A stretch of 64,000 nucleotides of DNA from Trypanosoma brucei (Eukaryota): NCBI GenBank assembly GCA_000002445.1, contig CH464491.1:96001-160000 (forward strand). Reading direction: 5' to 3'. Below are positions 22,956 to 34,059 of the stretch, in pieces (position 1 is the first letter of the stretch; every line of letters starts with the position of its first letter). Below the pieces are notes generated by a model, which saw nothing but the letters and a program-made list of their open reading frames with translations, did not search any database and was not told the origin of the DNA. The translations under genes and the position numbers were made by a program.

Positions 22956-23615
22956 TCATTTACGGGCAGGCCGACCGCTTTGTTGCCCAGTTTGACCCGG
23001 TGCCTGCTGCGGAGGTGGTGGTGGGGGAAGTTGAGTTTGTTGAGGCGGTGCATGCATCATATACTGCTGATACATTGCCATCATTTGTTGTTGTGCATAT
23101 GGATTAGCAACGGGAGGATAAGCACCATAGCCACCATACCCGCCATAACCGCCATACGCATTGAAACCATTGTTCATGTTACGCCCACGTTGATGACCGC
23201 TAGCAGCCAGCGCTACCTTCAGTCGTTTGTTGAGGATTACAAAACCATTCAATGATGCAATCGCCTGTTGAGCACTCGAGGCGCTCTGAAACTTCACGAA
23301 ACCATAACCGCGACTTTGACGAGTCTCCCGATCACACACAATTTTAACCGACTCAATTGCCCCGAAGCGCTCAAACAACTGCCGGAGTTGCACCTCATCA
23401 ACAGTAGTTGGAATATAATTTACCATAAGATTGCGTAGAAAATCGGGTTCTTGATTCACTTGACCCAACGGTTGCGGAGGAGGTGCCTGTTGTTGTTGCT
23501 GCTGCTGCTGTTGTTGCTGTTGAGCGGGTTGTTGTTGTTGTTGCTGCAACTCCGACTGCGATTGCCCGGTGGTGTTGTAGGGGTCACATGGAGAAGCCAG
23601 TGGAACCTGAGACAT
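22956..23615 (-). CDS. UBP1: Single-RRM U-rich RNA-binding protein UBP1 (longer paralog: polyQ N-terminus, Gly/Gln-rich C-terminus)
   Basis: 219 aa. ATG at 23613-23615 and TGA at 22956-22958, both verified by reverse complement. RRM 'LRNLMVNYIPTTVDEVQLRQLFERFGAIESVKIVCDRETRQSRGYGFVKFQSASSAQQAIASLNGFVILNKRLKVALAASG' matches the kinetoplastid UBP1/UBP2 RRM as I remember it. A polypyrimidine tract lies immediately upstream on the coding strand. Confidence 0.8.
   Translation of the reverse strand: MSQVPLASPCDPYNTTGQSQSELQQQQQQPAQQQQQQQQQQQQAPPPQPLGQVNQEPDFLRNLMVNYIPTTVDEVQLRQLFERFGAIESVKIVCDRETRQSRGYGFVKFQSASSAQQAIASLNGFVILNKRLKVALAASGHQRGRNMNNGFNAYGGYGGYGGYGAYPPVANPYAQQQMMAMYQQYMMHAPPQQTQLPPPPPPQQAPGQTGQQSGRPARK
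23073..23438. repeat. Duplicated block, copy A (within UBP1): 366 bp, about 99.5% identical to 31244..31609
   Basis: Direct comparison of the two stretches. Identical except an adjacent CC/GG change at 23360-23361 vs 31531-31532. Flanks diverge sharply on both sides. Confidence 0.9.
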
Positions 23616-23624
23616 TTGTTTTGC

Positions 23625-23700
23625 GACTGCACCGTCAAAAAAATCAAGAAGAAAGTAAAAACAAAAATATAAAAAAGAAAAGAAAAAGAAAAAAAAGACC
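23625..23700 (-). promoter_or_regulatory. Polypyrimidine tract (coding-strand sense) immediately upstream of the UBP1 ATG; candidate trans-splicing signal
   Basis: Plus strand here is A/G-rich ('aaaaaaatcaagaagaaagtaaaaacaaaaatataaaaaagaaaagaaaaagaaaaaaaag'), so the transcribed minus strand is U/C-rich. Confidence 0.45.
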
Positions 23701-25907
23701 TTAATCTTTATGTACCGAGATGCGACGGATTATTTGGAGAAAGAAGGGGAAAAAAAGAATGAAAATTGCTTTGATTAAAAGATAAACAAACGGACAGGAA
23801 GTGAAGATTGAAGTGGAAACATCGGAAGTATCCCGCAGCATTATTTGAAATAGGAGGATGGTAAGAAAAAAAAAGTGGAAGTTAGAGTAGGGAGTGAATG
23901 TGGATTATATGAAAAAGAAAGATGATTACCAAACAAAAATATTAATGGGGAGAGGAGGAGGAATTCAAAAAAAAAATTAAATGAAGAAGGAAAGAAGGGA
24001 AAGGAGCGAATGCAAAGTTAAAGGATTAAAATCATAGAAAATAATCATTGCAAGATTCCCTTCTGAGTTAAGCCCCACTTAACATTTCTGCTGTCGTTGC
24101 AGCAAATTGTTGTCCTCCTCTCTCTCTCCTAACTCTTTTTTTTTGTTGTTGTTGTTACAACTGTTTTTTTTTCTTTTTATTATTTCCTCTCTTTCCTCAT
24201 CCTTTTCCCCCTTCTTGTCTGTTTATCTATACTTTTGTTCACCTATATATATATATATATATATATTTGTATTTTTGGTTTTTGTTTTGTCCCCTTTGTT
24301 TTGGAGGGATGTTTTTCTCTTTTTTTTTTTTCTTCTTTCGTTTTAATCACCTAATTATTCTCCTTTTTTTTTCTATTTAATTTTCCTCCTTTCAGAAGAA
24401 AAAAAGGAGCACCTACTCCCTTTCGCTTTCATCTTTATATTTATGTTATTTCATCCCTCTGTTGTTGTTTTTTTTCTTCTTCGTATTATTTTTCCCCCGT
24501 TACTTCTGCTAAAACTATACCATCAAACTCCCACCGCCTTGTTTTACAACACCACTGCATCGCAGCGAAAGGAAGGGGAGAAAAAAAACAAAACAAAAAA
24601 AAACACACACACACATAACACAAGAAAGAAGGAAGGAAGGAAGGGCACGCACACAGAAAGATTTAAAAAAACAAAACAAAATAAAATAAAGAAGAAAAAG
24701 AAAAAGAAAAAGAAAAAAAAGAGCGGGGAGAACAATAACAATAATAATCATCATAACAAAAGTTACCCAAGATGAGATGTTACGTCACACACGGGGTCAA
24801 AGAAACTCCTCCTCCTCCACCTCCCCTTTCCTCCTCTTGTCATAAAAAACACACAACATTTACACCTAATCCCATTTTTAACTTCCATTCATAATTCTCA
24901 TCCCATCATAACTCGTCAACTCATCCACATAAATTTTCTCCCGTTCCTCCTTTTTTCTTTTTCTTTTTGTTTTTTTTGTCACTTTGTTTGTTTGCTTGTT
25001 TGTTTGTTTTTGTTTTTGTTTGACGTTTCCCCCACACCCACACATACATACACATACACAATTGCATATCATATATGTAATATATATTATGTAAAACGAC
25101 ATACGTGTGCGTTACCTTTCTCTCGCCCTCTGTGTCCCTCTTCGTATCACAACTTGCCGGTGTTTCTTTTAATTTTTATTTTTTATTTTCTTTTATTCAT
25201 CTTTTTCTTCTGTTTGATGGTTTGCTTTCAAGTCCTCACCTCATTCTTTCCTTCTTTTTCTTTCCCATTTGTCAACATTTCGCTTTATTTCATTCTTGCT
25301 CTTTTTCTTTTTTTTTTTATATTTCTTTACTTTGCTTATTATCCTCAAACTGATGTAACTGACGTTGCTACCTTTTGTGGTAAATGCAGTAAATTTATTT
25401 AAGGCAACGCATAGGAAACAATAGAAAAAAAAAAGAAAAAAAGAAAAGAAAGAAAGAAGCGGGAACACGAAGAAAAATGAAAAAGCAACGAACTGACACC
25501 ATCGCAAAACAACAAACACTTTCGCGTGTATCACTTTTTTGTTTTATTGTTTTCTTTTTTCTTTCGCTTAAATTGCAAAAACTCCAACACTCGTGCATTC
25601 ATGTTTCCCTTCACTTCTCTTCTTTTTCACTTTTCAATTTGTTGCTGTTGTCGTTGTTTATTTATTTTTTTTTTTAATCTCTGCTGACAATTCCCCCTCC
25701 TTCTATTGGTGTTTCACCATTTTATTTAATATCCTCTTATAAAAAGCGCCAATTTTCATTTTTTTTTTTAAATTTATTTCCCCCTCCCCTCCCCTCCCCT
25801 CAAGTCCACCGTAGTGAAGTCACTTGAAAGTAACAAAATAAAATATACCATCATAAAAAGTATTTTATTTTATTTCTTTGTTTCGTATCCACATATCCAA
25901 TAATAAG

Positions 25908-25910
<3 letters not shown>

Positions 25911-25942
<32 letters not shown>
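25911..25942. repeat. (AT)n microsatellite, about 16 units
   Basis: Read directly from sequence. Confidence 0.95.
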
Positions 25943-25950
<8 letters not shown>

Positions 25951-28900
25951 ATACGTATATAACTACATATAAATATATGAATACAGGCACGTGAGGGAAA
26001 AACAAGAAACACAAACACAAACTGTCACACAAGAAAAAAAAAAACGACAAAAAGTTTACCGCAACCGCACGATGCCACAGCGGCAATAATAACAACCAAA
26101 TAGAGATGGAAAAATATGGGAGGAAAAATAAAAAGAAAAAAGAAGAAAAGAAGAAAAGAAGTACCGACGAACAAAAACAAAAAACACAAACATAAACACA
26201 CAAAGGAAGAGAAGTGTACGAGCCCAACTAAGGCAATGAAAAATTGGAAGAAAATAAAGGAGGTACGAGTTAGAAATGAAACACAAACACACAAACAAAG
26301 TCATTTCATTTCTTTTTTTATGATTCTTTTTTTTTAAAAAAAACCCATATACAAATACAAACACAATAACAATAACAACAGCATCGGTAGCGGCAATGAA
26401 TTTCCTTTTTTTTTCTTCATCTTCCTCTCATCCTCTTTTTCCTCTCACTTATATTTATATCAGTAATTTGCATCCTCTCAAACATAAGCCACTAATCCTC
26501 TCTTTACTCTGCCAGTGAAGGCATTGAGAGGACGTGAGAAAAGAAAAAAAGATGAAAAAGGAAAAGGAAAAGGAAGAGGAAGAGGAAGAGGAGGTAAGGA
26601 CAAAAAAGGAAAAGAAAAAAAGGAAAAAAAAGAAAAAAAATTTCAAAAAAACAACAATAACGACAATAACAAATACTCAAAAAAAAAAACACAAAAAGAA
26701 AAGAAAAGAAAAGAAAATCCGCTGAACAGAAGAAAAGGTATGGACTGCGGTGATATAATATTGACGGTGGTGTCAAGAAGGTCTCCTTCCCATGAGATTA
26801 ATTTCACGCGATAAAAAAAAGAAAAAGAGGAGAGGAATGAAAAAAAAAACAGAAAAGACGCAATCTTTTTTTTTCCTTTCGTATTTTTCTTTTTTTTTTT
26901 CTGTCACGTTTTGCTTTGTTGTTGCGGTTTCATTTTCTCAAGCATTTGAGGGACGTAACATCAAAGGTGCTGTTGTTTTTTTTTTCTTTTGCGCATGCGC
27001 GGAGTTCGTAGACATTTAAAAAAAAATTTTATATATATAAAACATACATATTATAAATATATAAATGTAAATATATGTATAGAATCAACGGATGGATTAA
27101 TTGAAACTGAAGAAAAAAAAAAGACCAACGTGTACACAGGTGAGCGACAACAATAATAATAATAATAATAACCGACACACACACACACACACAAAGGGAT
27201 TAAAAGAAAGGTAAAAGAAGGCGAAACAGCGGTGGAATATAGAAGTTTTTTTCTTTTTTCTTTTCAAACAAAAAAAATAAAAGATAAAGAAAAGAAAAGG
27301 AAAAGAAAGGAAAGTAAAGTAAAGTAAAATTGTGTCCTACGCCCTGTTCACATTAAAGCAGCACGCGACTGGAAACAAAAAATAAGGGGATTCAACACCA
27401 CAAACGCAAAGCATCATTTGGTGGCAAAACGAAACACAAAAAGAAATTTCATTTCTTTCGACTATTAAATCGCTCACCCCCTTTTTCCTTTTTTTCTTTT
27501 TCTTTTTCTTTCTTTTTTGCCTTTTCCTTTCACTTTTTTTTTTAAAAAAAAAGAAGAAAAAAAGGAACTTCTTTTTTATTTGGTTTTAGTCTCACTTACC
27601 TCCATCCCGCTCGGTTCATTTAACCTTCTCTTTTAATCCCCTGAAACTTCACCTCCTCTCTCTTTTCTTTTTCTTTTCATTTTCCTCCTCTTAAACTCTC
27701 GCATGCATTTTTTCTTTCTTTTTTTTTTTTAAACCCTCCCCCTTCCCCTCTTCACTTCAGCCGTCTAATCAGGAGGCTATACAAGAGGGAAAGGAGTATT
27801 TTTATTTTTTTTTAAAAAAAAAGAAAAAAGAAAAGAAAAGAAAAGCGAGAACCACTCGTTACAAAGGCGAGAAACAAAGCGGAACCAAATAGAGAGAGGA
27901 AAAAAAAAGAAAAAGGAAGAAAGTAAACAACAAACAACAACAAGTCAAATATTAACGAATAAGCGCACAACCAGGTAAGCGCACACATATATACATATAT
28001 ACATATATTTAATATTCACTCATATATATATATATATGTATACGTACACGTGGGCTACGGAGCCACAACAACAATAATGATGGTGATGATAATGATGATG
28101 ATGATAACAACAATAACAATAATAGTGATAATAGTAACAGCAACGGAGTTCAAAGCAGAATCAAAAGAAAAAACAAAAAAGAAGAAGCGGGAAACAAACA
28201 GTAGACAAAAACAAACAATTTTTTTCCTTATTTTCCTAATTACAAAACATTAGCAGTGCAGATCGGTGACATCCACCACAACAGGTTGAAGAAACTAGGA
28301 GATATATATATATATATATAAAGAGGTAGTCTGCTACGTAATTACCCACACGTGGAGAGACATAAAAATATAAAATCAATGGGGAAACATAGCCAGACAA
28401 ATCATAATAACAATAACAATAACAATAGTAATAGTAATAACCGAAACTCTTTGAATCCAATGCACACACCGCACCCTTTTCTTATATCGTCTTATCATGC
28501 GCAAAAAACTCACATGACAATTTAGCAGCGGATACGAAAAGAAATGTAACGAAATGTTTAAGAAAAAAGGGGGTGCGCGTACTGAACCAGTGACAAAAAG
28601 GAGCGAGGGGTATAAAAGGTAGCAAAAGAAAAAAAAAAGGAGGAAAACAAACAAAAAAAAGAGAAGTTCGGCGCCTGCATTTAACGCAACGTAGCGCGAG
28701 AACGAATAGGAAGAAAAACAAACCGACAGATGTCGGCACCATACAGGGCCAGGCAAAGCCGCGCAGCCAGAAGAAACAAACAAACAAACAAACAACAACA
28801 AAGAGAAGAGAAGAGAATAGGAAAGAAAAAAAAAGAAAAAAGCCACAGTCCATAACAAACAAAGGTAAGACCATGTCACAATCCAGAAGAAAACCAAAAC

Positions 28901-29853
28901 AGATATAATAATAATAATAATGATGATGATGAAAAATAAGAGAAAAGGAGGAAAATCGTCGGCACGGCGACGCTCGTCTGTCATCATTTCGTGTGTTTTC
29001 TAGGCAATAGAGAGGATCTTCTTTTTTTTTCCTTTTTGAAATAAAATGAAATGAATAAAAGGGTCAGCGCAACGCGAAGCTAATCAAACAATCACAAAAT
29101 ATCAAATAAGCGGCTAGGCGGGGTTTCTTTTTTTTTTTTCATCACATATTCGTATCGTCCCCTTTTTTTTTCTCTCTTTTCGCGATATTCAAACAGTTTT
29201 CAATTCCATTGGCGGGTTCCAACCGGGTATTGGGGGGACGACAGTCATTTACTTTGTTGTTGTTGTTGTTTCTTTTGGTAAATGGAAAAATGAAGAAGGA
29301 ACTGAGCGGATCAAATTTAAAAAAAGGAAGGAAGGTAGAACAAAAAAAAAAACAAGCGCCGTCCAACTTCACTGCTACGCAACAACGACATCAACGTTTC
29401 AGAAAACCGAATTTCAATGACAATAATAACATTTAGCAAATGCTGGTCGTTTATTTGAAATACTACTCCTCCCATTCTTTTCCTTTTAGCTTCTCCTCTG
29501 GTTGTTCTTATGTTGTGGCGTTCCCCAAAATCTGAATAAAAATACACCTCTCTTTTTTTTTTTTCTTGGTCTTTCCAATTTTATTCGGATTTCAACTTTG
29601 CTTTGTGTTTGCTTCTGGGTTTTGGCTTCTTCACCAGTTTCTTTCATTCTCCCCCATTTGAGATTCCATTGCAGACATTAAATCCCCACCCTTTTTCCTT
29701 TGTTGTTGTTGTTGTTAATAATTTTCCTCTCTTACTCCACTTGACTCTCTGTGTTACTCTTTTGCTTCTCTTTTTTTTTTCTCTCTCTTTCCCCTCGCGG
29801 AACACTTTCTTTTACCTTTGAGTCTTTCCTGTTTTGGGACCATGTTTTACAGT

Positions 29854-29856
<3 letters not shown>

Positions 29857-29897
<41 letters not shown>
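29857..29897. repeat. (AT)n microsatellite, about 20 units
   Basis: Read directly from sequence. Confidence 0.95.
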
Positions 29898-29899
<2 letters not shown>

Positions 29900-30660
29900 T
29901 TGTTTGTGTTTGTTTGTTTATTTTTTTCTTTAATCTTAACTGTCCACACATACTTAAATACACCAGAATGATTCAGTCTGCTCGACGTTAAACGAGCAAA
30001 TAGAAGATAACTCAGATGTCAAATATTTACTTACAAAAATATACGTTTGTGGGACGCGGAATTTTGTTATTGTTTCTGTCGTTGATGCCTCTGTCTTCTT
30101 TTTTTTTTCTTCGGTTTCGCCTCCTTTCTTTTTATTTTATTTTATTTTTCTTTTTAAGCCCTCTCCTCTATTCCCTCTCTATCCAACACCTTTCTGTCAC
30201 TATTTGCTCCACTTCATTCCTCTTCTCTTTGTGTTGTTCCTCTTTATTCGTTTTCTCCGACTCATGCTTCATTTTCTTTGTTTAAACCCTCTCGTATTAG
30301 TGGAAAAAAAAAATTCTTTGCATGGTGTGATTTCGACCTTTGTGACATTTCACACTTACCTCTGTTTTTTTTTCCTTTCCTTTCCTTTCTTTTAATGTTG
30401 GTTTGTTTTGTTTTGTTCTTTCGTCTCTTTTTCTCCTCCCCTCCATGGTTTTCTTTTTTTTTTCTTTTTTTAACTTCGTCATGATTCATCCATTCATTTG
30501 GGTCTAGTGGGGAGGGAGAGCCGCTTCTCCAACTATAAGGCTCATATTTTGTACACAAATATAAATGTATGTGTGACAACAAAATAAAGTAATAACAGTA
30601 ATAATGGTAATAATAATAATAATAATAAGCGAGAAGCAAGTAAAACCCAACCCCAACAAA

Positions 30661-30750
30661 ACATAACATAACATAACACAACATAACATGACATGGCACA
30701 ATATGACATGATATGATATGTGATATGACATGACATGACATGGCATGGCA
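30661..30750. repeat. (ACATA/ACATG)n pentanucleotide-type repeat, about 90 bp
   Basis: 'acataacataacataacacaacataacatgacatggcacaatatgacatgatatgatatgtgatatgacatgacatgacatggcatggcac'. Confidence 0.9.
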
Positions 30751-31189
30751 CAAAACACACATACAAACATACACACAAACAAACACAGACAACAGCTCTG
30801 TTTCAACGCCTCGCTTGTATGAAAAGAGCTCCCACTCCGCTCCGCCCCCCCCCCTCTTTTATTTTCTTCTTCATTTTATTTTTGCTTCAAAAATAAAAGG
30901 GAAACTTTCCTTCCCATTTCCTCCCTCTTGTGCCCTTACTTCTTTACATACACACTCCGACAGCCTCCTGGGGCATTTAAAGTTCATATTCCTTTTCTTT
31001 TCCCTTCTTTTTTTTTCTTTTTTTTTTGCATTTTCTGTCATATCACCTTTAAAATAATTAAAATTACTTATCCTTTAAAAAAAAAACCTTCCATTCTCTC
31101 TCACACCCCTCCATCTGCCCCACCGACCCTTGAAGGGAAGCTGACGGGTTGAGAACCCCCCAAAAAAAAAAAAAGAAAAAGAAAAAACA

Positions 31190-31717
31190 TTACTGACGGG
31201 ATATCGGAGGCATCGGGGAAGCGGCCATCATATAATGTTGTTGCATTGCCATCATTTGTTGTTGTGCATATGGATTAGCAACGGGAGGATAAGCACCATA
31301 GCCACCATACCCGCCATAACCGCCATACGCATTGAAACCATTGTTCATGTTACGCCCACGTTGATGACCGCTAGCAGCCAGCGCTACCTTCAGTCGTTTG
31401 TTGAGGATTACAAAACCATTCAATGATGCAATCGCCTGTTGAGCACTCGAGGCGCTCTGAAACTTCACGAAACCATAACCGCGACTTTGACGAGTCTCCC
31501 GATCACACACAATTTTAACCGACTCAATTGGGCCGAAGCGCTCAAACAACTGCCGGAGTTGCACCTCATCAACAGTAGTTGGAATATAATTTACCATAAG
31601 ATTGCGTAGCAAATCGAGATCTTGATTCATTGCTCCCATAGAAGGAGGAGGTGCCTGTTGTTGCTGCTGCTGAGGAGGCTGTTGTTGCGTTGTGTAATAC
31701 TGCGGTTGCTGGGACAT
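31190..31717 (-). CDS. UBP2: Single-RRM U-rich RNA-binding protein UBP2 (shorter paralog of UBP1)
   Basis: 175 aa. RRM identical to UBP1 except Ala->Pro (FGPIES). Shorter Q-rich N-terminus and a different C-terminus. Shares a 366-bp near-identical DNA block with the UBP1 gene. Confidence 0.8.
   Translation of the reverse strand: MSQQPQYYTTQQQPPQQQQQQAPPPSMGAMNQDLDLLRNLMVNYIPTTVDEVQLRQLFERFGPIESVKIVCDRETRQSRGYGFVKFQSASSAQQAIASLNGFVILNKRLKVALAASGHQRGRNMNNGFNAYGGYGGYGGYGAYPPVANPYAQQQMMAMQQHYMMAASPMPPISRQ
31244..31609. repeat. Duplicated block, copy B (within UBP2), offset +8171 from copy A
   Basis: As above. Confidence 0.9.
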
Positions 31718-32880
31718 TACGTAAATTACAGAACCTTATTATAAGTTATGATATAATACAAAAGTAAGATAGATAAATAAATATATATATATATATATAT
31801 ATGTATAGATATATATATATGTACTAGCTACGTTTTGCCAAGCTTTCTTTCCTTATTTTTCCTTCTAACCCTTTTTTTTGTCTTTGGTCTCTTTGCTTAC
31901 TTCCTATGTTCTAAAAAAAAAAAAAAAGACCTTTTCGATGATGTTTTTTTTTTTTTAATTTAATACCTTGTTAGCTTTCTGTAACTGTCCTAATTATTTC
32001 TCTTTGTTTATTAATCACTAGTAAAACACGGTTTCTTATTATTGTGTTGCGTTGTTGTTGTTGTTTTCGTTTTTGGTTGAGTGTTAACGTGGAAATGTGG
32101 AAGTTCCGACGGCAGCAGAGAGACGAATGAAAGAAATAATATATGTTCAGATATATGTATATGAAGGTAAAATATCAACCTTACACTGGTGCAATTAATG
32201 GAAAACAGAACTAAAAGCAATGCCTAACAATCACCCCAGCCGAAGCAAATCACAAAAAGATGATATTCAAAAAAGAAAAATAACGAATCGAGATGTTAAA
32301 CTGAACTCATAAATATTTTTTATATCTTTTTTTTTTTAATTCACAAAAAAAATAATAAAACGGACCTTCGCGCCGCAACACAACCCGCTACTTCCGAGAC
32401 ATTACGTGCGCTCAAATAAAATGGGAGACGAGAAATACGCCAAACAACCCGAGATGTATAATATATATGCATATATATATATATTGATGAAGCGAACAGG
32501 ACACAACAGCTATGAGGGTATATCTAATATAAAAAGAGATGCAAAAAAAAAAAAAAGAAACAATGATGGTTAAATAGTTCCACACATTTTTAAAGGTGGA
32601 CTCCTCCAGTCATCAGATTCATTTTGCCTCCTCCTCCTCCTCCTCCTCCTACCTTTTCATCCACTCCCCAGTGAAAAAAACTAATAACAAAAAAAAAAGC
32701 ATCTGTATTTTCTGTAACAATAAAAAATTATCCAGCCCCTCCCTCCTTCTCTTCTCCTTCAGCCTTCGCCACTAACACAAAACGGTATTTTACCATTCGT
32801 ACAAACGGTAAAAAGAATGATATTTGAAAAAAAAATTAAGATTAAAAAAGGACATTTTGTGCGATTGACTGCGAGGCATT

Positions 32881-34059
32881 TCATTGGAGGCCACTCCTCA
32901 ACTTCGCCTCGTCGATGCACCGTTCAAGGGTCACCCGAAGGTCATGTTCCCTGTTAATGCAGCGTTCCAATTGAGTAAAATCCCTACGATACGCCGCCTC
33001 TTGAGCTAACAAAAAGTCCTCAACAGCAGCTGCGGGTACGGGAGGCCCATCCGTTATGCAACATCCGCCTGCCGCATCCTCATCAGTTTGAAGGTTGACA
33101 TTCACGGATGAATAACTGGAGAAATTAATATTCGCCTGCCTCAGAAACATGCACGCCTGTTCCCGCTCAGTTCCCTCTACACCACCCACTGCAGCATCCA
33201 CTTTTAAGAGTGCTGCGACTGTTTCTGCAAGGTAAAGTAAAGCAAGGCGAAGCGCCACACGATGAGAAGAGGCAGCAGAGTTTAAAGGCAAATACGATAA
33301 GAGTGCGAGTGCCAGGTGGCGATCCTCCCGCAACTCAACACGGGCGGCGTCACCGGTAACAATGTGCAACGGAAGCAAATGTTTCTCCATCCATGGAATG
33401 ATATCACGCTCCAGTGCCTCATCTGTCACCGAAGCGCCAGCACAAATCCGACCTTGGAATGTTTCCCCGTCAGTTCCAGCAATACATGGTCCTATCCGTC
33501 GCATAGCATTGCGAATGGTTATGCGGGTGACGCGAAGGATGCTCAAAGGCTCGTTTTCAACGGTACTGCGTGGCAAGCAACTGAGAAGTTGCAGTAGGCA
33601 GTTAAGAATGTTACATCCCTCGTCACAGAGTGCATCCAATGGCGCATATTTCACAACTAAAACGGCCATTCGAAGCAGTGCTCCAATTGCTCGGGGACCC
33701 AACAGCGGGCGGTGCGCGAAACAATCAGCGAGACTCCGAAGGTTTTCTAACGAAATTTGATGCAAGCACGGCGCAGTTCCGGTCCCATCACCTCCCAATT
33801 CATTATATACCTGAAGGACATCCCTGACAGATTTCAGTATCATTTCCTCCATTCCAATAACCGCAGCCCCCGCCACATTGATGCTATTGCTGAGAAATAC
33901 CAATAATTGCGAAGTATGACGAGGCGCCTCTGGAAAACGAAAACCAGCAGAAATTCCACTAGAAAACAATGTGGCGTAAAAACTTCCTCCCGGTTTTCTT
34001 CCGTAAAGCGACGGTCCCTCGGGTGGGAAAGCAGTAACACCACCATTGCTCATTTCCAA
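32881..34059 (-). CDS. Conserved hypothetical protein (Leu/Ala-rich, helical)
   Basis: 392-aa ORF, co-oriented, non-repetitive composition. No recognisable motif. Confidence 0.45.
   Translation of the reverse strand: MEMSNGGVTAFPPEGPSLYGRKPGGSFYATLFSSGISAGFRFPEAPRHTSQLLVFLSNSINVAGAAVIGMEEMILKSVRDVLQVYNELGGDGTGTAPCLHQISLENLRSLADCFAHRPLLGPRAIGALLRMAVLVVKYAPLDALCDEGCNILNCLLQLLSCLPRSTVENEPLSILRVTRITIRNAMRRIGPCIAGTDGETFQGRICAGASVTDEALERDIIPWMEKHLLPLHIVTGDAARVELREDRHLALALLSYLPLNSAASSHRVALRLALLYLAETVAALLKVDAAVGGVEGTEREQACMFLRQANINFSSYSSVNVNLQTDEDAAGGCCITDGPPVPAAAVEDFLLAQEAAYRRDFTQLERCINREHDLRVTLERCIDEAKLRSGLQ

Noticed and set aside
22980-23255. Plus-strand ORFs 22980..23255 and 31235..31426 with identical C-terminal translations
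   Set aside because: They are antisense to UBP1 and UBP2. Their identity simply reflects the duplicated 366-bp block and is not independent evidence of coding.
24107-31152. ORFs in the UBP1-UBP2 spacer (e.g. 30262..30792 'MSCHVISHIISCH...', 28376..28987)
   Set aside because: They are driven by the (ACATG)n, (ATG/ATA)n and polypyrimidine repeats and are not credible proteins.
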